From a virus, in the IMG/VR virus record IMGVR_UViG_3300033442_000004, positions 1 to 64,000 of that record: 64,000 nt of DNA. One strand, 5' to 3'. Position 1 is the stretch's first letter. Every line of letters starts with the position of its first letter. This document shows, in pieces, positions 58,711-64,000 of the stretch. A program made the translations under genes and the position numbers. Under the pieces are notes generated by a model, which had not been told where the DNA came from, did no database searches, and worked only from the letters and a program-made list of their open reading frames with translations.

Positions 58711-59004
58711 ATGCCTCGCAGACGCCGACGCCAGGAAGAAGATCTCGTTCATGCCGCCGTCGAGGCGTTGGAGGATGAGATCCGATGCTGGCAGCAGCGG
58801 GAGAGGCCGTATTCCGGCGACATGGTCACGCTGACGCGCTGGCCGCTCAGCCGCATTGCTGGACCAATCGGTCCTGCCGAGGTCGACGCTCAGGCGATGC
58901 AGACCATCGAGCACATCGATCTTCAGAAAAACGAGGTTCCGTTCTTCCTCCGCTATCGCGGCATGGAGGCGGCGATCAAGAAGATCCGCGAGCTGGAAGC
59001 ATGA
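58711..59004 (+). CDS. Hypothetical phage protein
   Basis: GGAG RBS; 97 aa. Confidence 0.6.
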   Translation: MPRRRRRQEEDLVHAAVEALEDEIRCWQQRERPYSGDMVTLTRWPLSRIAGPIGPAEVDAQAMQTIEHIDLQKNEVPFFLRYRGMEAAIKKIRELEA

Positions 59005-59380
59005 AGCAGCTCGGTGACATCCTGCTGGGCCTCGGGCTCGGCCTCACGATCGCGGCCCTGATCGCCAACAACTGGCGGCGGTCGAAGCCTCGCGTCCATG
59101 GCTGGAGCGAAGCCGACGCCGAGCTGCTGACGATGCCGGCGCACGAGCGCCTGGCCCGGCAGCTCGCCGTCCGGGCAGGCGCCCCCGAGTTCATGTGGCG
59201 GCGGTACACGCCGCTCGCCGTTTCGATCATCCTGAGGAAGCCGTCATGAGCCGTCGTCGCCAGCTGCAGATCATCCGCGATCAGATCCACGCCGAGATGC
59301 GGGACGGCCTGACGCAGACCATGCTGATCGCCTTCCTGGTGATCGCCGCGATCGACGTCATCGCCCGGAACATCCACTGA
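59001..59380 (+). CDS. Two small membrane-anchored hypothetical genes (59001-59249, 59246-59380)
   Basis: ATGA overlaps; hydrophobic segments. Confidence 0.5.
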
Positions 59381-59715
59381 TGGCGCGGACTGGCAATTAC
59401 CAGATCCCGTTCGACGAGGCCGGTAACCAGCTCCATTACCCGGAGGTCTGGACCTTCGTGAACGGCAAGCGCGGCGACGTCGTCTGGCGCGACAACGTGC
59501 CGTTCCAGGCCAAGCTGACCTACACCGGCTTCAACCGCGGCCGGTCGGCGGCCTACCTCGACTTCACCGACGAGAACGGCAAGTCGGTCACCTTCTTCAT
59601 GAAGGACTTCGACAAGCTCGTCCCGCACCTGAGCGGGGGCGCCGTCACCGGCACATTCATCTTCGTCAAGCGCGGCCAGAACTACGGCTGCCAGCTGATC
59701 GAGCCCGTCGCGTGA
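59380..59715 (+). CDS. Hypothetical phage protein
   Basis: RGRSAA and FVKRGQNYG motifs. Confidence 0.7.
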   Translation: MARTGNYQIPFDEAGNQLHYPEVWTFVNGKRGDVVWRDNVPFQAKLTYTGFNRGRSAAYLDFTDENGKSVTFFMKDFDKLVPHLSGGAVTGTFIFVKRGQNYGCQLIEPVA

Positions 59716-59907
59716 GCGTCGGCCAGGGCAAGGCGCTTCGCGCTCACCAGCACAAGATGAACCGCAAGCAGGACATCTCCGATCGCCGCGGTCGCGAGTT
59801 GCAGGAGCGCGTCGAGCAGCGCCGCATGGCGAGGCAGCTCCGCAAACCAGTTTCCAAGAGCCCGTGATCTGCTCCGAGCAGCACGGGTCCACCCTTCAGA
59901 GAGAACC

Positions 59908-60090
59908 ATGCCCGCCAAGAAGAAGACCGCCGAGAAGTCCGCAGCCGTCATCACGGTCAAGGACGCGCCCGAGATGACCAAGCGCGGCCGGCGCCAGGTC
60001 GCCGAGTGGATGCGCAAGCAGGCCGACTTCCTGGAGTTCGAGGGCAAGGCGTTCTCGAAGCGCTTCACCGCGCGCTACCTCTATCGCTGA
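59908..60090 (+). CDS. Small basic phage protein
   Basis: 60 aa, ends FTARYLYR. Confidence 0.55.
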   Translation: MPAKKKTAEKSAAVITVKDAPEMTKRGRRQVAEWMRKQADFLEFEGKAFSKRFTARYLYR

Positions 60091-60243
60091 TGGCCAGCGA
60101 TACCTGCGATGCCTGCGGCAAAACGGAAGAAGGCGTCGCCTGGTTCGCAGCAGCCTTTCGAAAGGTACGGCTTAAAAAAGATAAGCCTGATCCCGGAAAC
60201 CTCTGCGGAGGATGCGCCGGCTCCATCACCGGAAAAGAAATCG

Positions 60244-60498
60244 GTGCCGAAGTCTCCGGCCGAGCCAAGGCCTGATCCGATCTCGACCAGCCCGTTCGCG
60301 TTGCAAGCCTACGAGCTGATCAAGGTTCTGGATCCGCTCGTCGGTGTGGCCGAGGCGACCTTCTTCATGAACCGCAGCAACGAAATGCTCGGCGGCATCA
60401 CCCCGGTGACCGCGATCAAGCAAGGCCGGCTCGACGACGTCAAGCGCGCCGTGCGCGCGGTCGCAGCAGAGAAGGGCGTCTTCCAGACGCCGTTGTGA
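60244..60498 (+). CDS. Stand-alone Xre/MbcA/ParS antitoxin C-terminal-like domain
   Basis: ATFFMNRSNEMLGGITPVTAIKQGRLDDV. Confidence 0.55.
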   Translation: MPKSPAEPRPDPISTSPFALQAYELIKVLDPLVGVAEATFFMNRSNEMLGGITPVTAIKQGRLDDVKRAVRAVAAEKGVFQTPL

Positions 60499-60615
60499 TG
60501 AAGACCAAAACCCGGAAGCCGGCGAAGCGGTATCGACCGCTCGCTTGCGGCTGCTGCGACAGCATCGACTGTCGCGAAACCATCAACCATCAAATCGAGT
60601 GGCGCGAGGCACAAG

Positions 60616-60882
60616 ATGAGCTTGCAGACGATCACCCCGTGGTGCGCCGTAGTTGCGGCGAGCGAGACGATCGCTATGCAGTACATGGACGCCTTCAAGC
60701 TCTCGTCCGAGATCTGGGATGCGCGCCAGCACGACACGGCGCTCGGCGCCCAGTACGAGCACATCGTGCTGATCCGGCCGCACTGGCGCATGGCGCCCGC
60801 CGAGGTCGCCCACTTCGAAAGGAACGTCCTGCCGATGTGGCTGACCCGCCTGTCGCCGAACGGCAAACTGAAAGTCATCTGA
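60616..60882 (+). CDS. Hypothetical phage protein
   Basis: 88-aa ORF. Confidence 0.55.
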   Translation: MSLQTITPWCAVVAASETIAMQYMDAFKLSSEIWDARQHDTALGAQYEHIVLIRPHWRMAPAEVAHFERNVLPMWLTRLSPNGKLKVI

Positions 60883-60889
60883 GGACATC

Positions 60890-61422
60890 ATGGACGCCGC
60901 CGAAGTCACCGACCACAAGCCAGTTTCGATCTGGAACAAACTCAACCCGCTATGGTGGCTCGTCGGCGATGACGGCTGGAACGTGCCGGACGTCAACAAC
61001 GGCGCGCCGTACCTGCCGGAGGTGACCAACATCTGGCTGCGGCGCTTCTACTGGTTCATCTGCCGCAACCCGCTGATGAACTTCGTCGGCTACGTGCTCG
61101 GCGTCGAGGACAAGAACTACTGGGTCTACGGCTCGGACCAGGTGCTGCGCACCACCGGCCGCGACTGCACCCCGCAGGCCTTCGGCTTCCGCTGGGCGGT
61201 GCTCGACCCGGGCGTCTCGTTCGGCGCCATCGCGGTCACGCTGATCGCCGCCGCGCTCGCATGGTTCATCCATCCGGCGTTCGCCGTGGTCCTCCCAATC
61301 TCGCTGTTCAAGGCGGCCGGTCTCTTGTCAACTACTGGAACGGCTCTCTCGAGTTTTACCTGGGCTGGCGGCCGGCAAGCGGCGGCTTCGGCACCAAGAT
61401 CATTTTCACGGAAAGCACATGA
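60890..61422 (+). pseudogene. Membrane protein gene with probable frameshift near 61325
   Basis: Plausible C-terminus VNYWNGSLEFYLGWRPASGGFGTK...TGA lies in another frame and overlaps the next ATG. Confidence 0.55.
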
Positions 61423-61668
61423 TCATCGAAGCCATCATCCTCGGCGTCGCTCTCTACGCCGGCCTCTCCTCGATCGGCGACGCCATCGACAATGTCGCGG
61501 TCGGCATCGAGCAGGCCTCGCTCAACCAGATGGCGTTCTTCCAGGACGACGAAGACGACGAGGAGGGCAAGTGATGCCGTTCCCGCTGTCCATCTTCCTG
61601 TTCAGCTACGTGATCTGGCAGGCCTCGATCGAGCGCGCCTTCACGTTCAACCCGGTCGAGCTGCGCCC

Positions 61669-61875
61669 GTGACGATCACCCTCAATTCCTGGGCCATCCC
61701 GGTCTTCTTGACCGCGCTGCTCTGGCTCGCCGTCCAGCTCTGGCCGGTCTCCGAGAACAACGGCGGCTTCGGCTTCAGCCAGGCCTTCGACTATCTGCTC
61801 CACGCCGTTGTCGGCATCATCGCCACGCTGGTGATCTGGCTCGTTTATTTCGCCACGCGCTTCGCCATCGGCTGA
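61669..61875 (+). CDS. Small two-TM membrane protein
   Basis: Two hydrophobic helices. Confidence 0.5.
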   Translation: MTITLNSWAIPVFLTALLWLAVQLWPVSENNGGFGFSQAFDYLLHAVVGIIATLVIWLVYFATRFAIG

Positions 61876-61901
61876 GCCGGCGCGCACCAAAAGCCACGCC
61901 A

Positions 61902-62408
61902 ATGAAACTGCTGCAACTCGCCCTCGCGGGCGTGCTGATGCTGTGCGCCTTGTCGCCAGCGTCGGCCAAGGACGTGCCGGTCCAGTTCGAGTCGGGCCAC
62001 AACGTCACGTTCATCACGGATGATCCCGGCGGGGTCATCGTCGAGTTCGTCAAGAAATACTCCGACATGCGCGACGCCAGGACCAAGGTCATCCTGTCCG
62101 GTGAGTGCGTCTCGGCCTGCACCCTGATGCTCGGCCTGCTGCGGCCGGAGCTGGTGTGCGCAACGCCGGATGCCGTCCTCGGCTTCCACTCGGCGTCCGT
62201 CATCACGAGGGAAGAGGGCAAGCCCGACATCGTCGAGCACGGCTCCGAAATGTCGCTGCTGGTGTTCAACACCTATCCCGCGAAGGTGCGGGCGTTCCTT
62301 GCCGCTCGCGGCTGGAGCGGCGCGAACGCGCACCCGGACATCATCTGGGTGAAGGGAAGGCAGCTCCGGAAGATGATCCGGCCTTGCACCGCGGCGGACC
62401 TGTCATGA
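61902..62408 (+). CDS. Exported protein with ClpP/crotonase-like motif
   Basis: Signal peptide; DDPGG, GECVSACT, LGFH. Confidence 0.7.
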   Translation: MKLLQLALAGVLMLCALSPASAKDVPVQFESGHNVTFITDDPGGVIVEFVKKYSDMRDARTKVILSGECVSACTLMLGLLRPELVCATPDAVLGFHSASVITREEGKPDIVEHGSEMSLLVFNTYPAKVRAFLAARGWSGANAHPDIIWVKGRQLRKMIRPCTAADLS

Positions 62409-62758
62409 CGCGGCGCCGGCTACCCGATCGGCGCAAACTGCCGTCCAAGATCATGATCGGCATCTTCGTTTACACGCTGGTGCATTGGGACGCGGCCGAG
62501 GCTGAGGAGCAGGAATGCCTGGGCCTCTGCAATCGACTGAACTTCATCATCTACGTGCGTGACGACCTTCCGGACTCGAGCTTCGCCGAAGTGCTGGAGC
62601 ACGAGATCAATCACGCCTGCTGGCACGCTGCTTCGCTGAAGAGCCGAGCCGCAGAAGAGACGGTCGTGAACCGGCTGACGCCGATCATGATCATGGCTCG
62701 CCGGGACAATCCAGAAATCTACGCCTGGATCGACCGGGCGATCGCCCAGAAAGAATAG
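62405..62758 (+). CDS. HExxH metallopeptidase-like phage protein
   Basis: VLEHEINHAC...EETVV. Confidence 0.6.
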   Translation: MTRRRLPDRRKLPSKIMIGIFVYTLVHWDAAEAEEQECLGLCNRLNFIIYVRDDLPDSSFAEVLEHEINHACWHAASLKSRAAEETVVNRLTPIMIMARRDNPEIYAWIDRAIAQKE

Positions 62759-62760
62759 CC

Positions 62761-63024
62761 ATGCTCAACGCCATGGTCGCGTCATCGAAGACGCATGCCG
62801 CAGCCATGATCCGTTGGCTCGGCCTCAAGCCTGAGGAGTGGGAGCCGATCGCCTATGGCGATCCGATCCACAAGATGTTCGCCAACGTGCGCCTCGTGCG
62901 CCCGAGCGAAGGCGTCGAACAGGCTCACACCGACTGGGTGCTGGAGAAGCTCGTTCCATACATCTGCATGACCTGCACGACGGTGCCGCTGAACTGGCGC
63001 ATCCCGCAGGAACACGTCAGCTAA
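62761..63024 (+). CDS. Hypothetical phage protein
   Basis: 87-aa ORF. Confidence 0.55.
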   Translation: MLNAMVASSKTHAAAMIRWLGLKPEEWEPIAYGDPIHKMFANVRLVRPSEGVEQAHTDWVLEKLVPYICMTCTTVPLNWRIPQEHVS

Positions 63025-63041
63025 AAACAAGAAAGAAAAAA

Positions 63042-64000
63042 ATGACGCGACGGATATCGCGCCCGCTCTGGGCCGCGATGCGGCTCCATGAGCACAATCA
63101 AAAGCGACGTGCCGAGCTTCTCGGTGGCGTCAGTCCTCTTCCCTTCATGGGGCCTGTTGCCCTCTCAAAGGCAGCGGCCGGCGCCGCCGACGCCTGGTGC
63201 TGGTTCCACGAGCCTCGTGCTCTGTCCGTGAACGGAAAGACGTTCTTCGGCACGAACGGTTCGGACGACAACTCGGTCCTCACCGGTCGCACCACGCTTT
63301 ACGAGGTCGACGAAGCGAGCGGCTCCGTCATCAGCAAGGTCATGCAGACCAGTACGATCGCGGCCTGGTGGGCCGACGACCACGACTATCCGACGATCGT
63401 TGTGCGTCCCGACGGACGACTGATCGTGTTCTATTTCCCGCACCGCGTGGCCGCGCCGATTTATTTCCGCATCTCGGTTGGCGTCGGCACGATGGCGCAG
63501 GGCTGGTCGCAGGAATACAATCTCGGCAATACGTCCGCGCAAGCGACGTATCCGTCGCCGGTGATCCTGTCTGGCGAGAGCAACAAGCTCTATCTGTTCT
63601 ACCGCAACGGCGCGAGTTCTGGTCCGTTGTCGCTGGTGACCTCATCCGACATTGCTACAGTCGCGCCTCCGACCGTGGATGGAGGTCCGATTGGAGCTGC
63701 GCCGACGTGGGCCGCTGAAAGGCGCCTGGCGCAGAGTACCGGCACCCAGGGCATCTACCACAAGGTCACCTCGAACAACGTCGATCGCATCGATCTCCTG
63801 ATGACCGACGCGGTCGGCCCGCAAGCAGGCACGAAGACCGACGTCCGCCATGCCTACTATCAGGGTGGCCAGTGGCGCTCTTCGAGCGGAACGGCGCTCG
63901 GCGACGGTTCGACCATGATCGGCTTCACGAACTTCACGCCTGTCGCAACGTCAGGCGCTCCGGACAATCTCGGCGATATGTGGTGCTCCCACATTCAGCG
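63042..64000 (+). CDS. BNR-4/beta-propeller repeat protein (runs off the window end)
   Basis: Hand-translated: AWCWFHEPRA, DDHDYPTIVVRPDGRLIVFY, TYPSP..LS..NKLYLFYR. Confidence 0.7.
   Translation, partial: MTRRISRPLWAAMRLHEHNQKRRAELLGGVSPLPFMGPVALSKAAAGAADAWCWFHEPRALSVNGKTFFGTNGSDDNSVLTGRTTLYEVDEASGSVISKVMQTSTIAAWWADDHDYPTIVVRPDGRLIVFYFPHRVAAPIYFRISVGVGTMAQGWSQEYNLGNTSAQATYPSPVILSGESNKLYLFYRNGASSGPLSLVTSSDIATVAPPTVDGGPIGAAPTWAAERRLAQSTGTQGIYHKVTSNNVDRIDLLMTDAVGPQAGTKTDVRHAYYQGGQWRSSSGTALGDGSTMIGFTNFTPVATSGAPDNLGDMWCSHIQ

Larger units (their letters stand above)
1..64000. mobile_element. Large prophage (early/replication region plus the start of a rightward gene cluster), partly decayed, extending beyond both window ends
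   Basis: Dense co-oriented small ORFs with ATGA/GTGA overlaps; phage-type genes (rIIA/B, primase-helicase, YqaJ exonuclease, SSAP, RuvC-like, CI-like); no bacterial housekeeping operons. Confidence 0.9.

Noticed and set aside
1-64000. Integrase, att sites, terminase, capsid or tail genes, rRNA/tRNA, reverse transcriptase or DGR
   Set aside because: No supporting motifs were seen in this window

Overview
The whole window reads as part of a large, partly decayed prophage in a GC-rich alphaproteobacterium. Bradyrhizobium is inferred from the effector and tts box. No capsid, terminase or integrase genes are visible. From 1 to 51.3 kb, almost entirely on the minus strand, lie early and replication genes: class II ribonucleotide reductase, two MazG-like proteins, an HNH protein, an SSAP plus YqaJ exonuclease, DnaQ, an RlmN/Cfr-like radical SAM enzyme, SSB, a split primase-helicase, an HTH replication initiator with internal iterons, DNA ligase, UvrD, rIIA with a short rIIB, an M28 peptidase and many small hypotheticals. 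RuvC-like and CI-like genes are on the plus strand. Three foreign insertions interrupt the phage: an IS1595 carrying an AIPR gene, an IS1595 remnant with a dCTP deaminase, and an IS-scarred island with a phasin-like gene and a tts-box-driven Bel2-5/NopD-type SUMO-protease T3SS effector. From 58.4 kb a rightward cluster of small genes begins. Four signals are not explained by ordinary annotation. (1) Many phage proteins end in genetically encoded ssrA-tag mimics (ANDN...AA). (2) Three tandem 24-32 aa micro-ORFs share the motif R[RK][FIV]R[LYF][FY]xxRDRP. (3) A second, gene-less, inverted copy of the initiator's iteron array lies about 42 kb away. (4) A TTTGC-N6-GCAAA operator-like palindrome recurs about 18 times at promoters and gene starts. 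All calls come from reading the sequence and remembered family motifs; no database searches were run.
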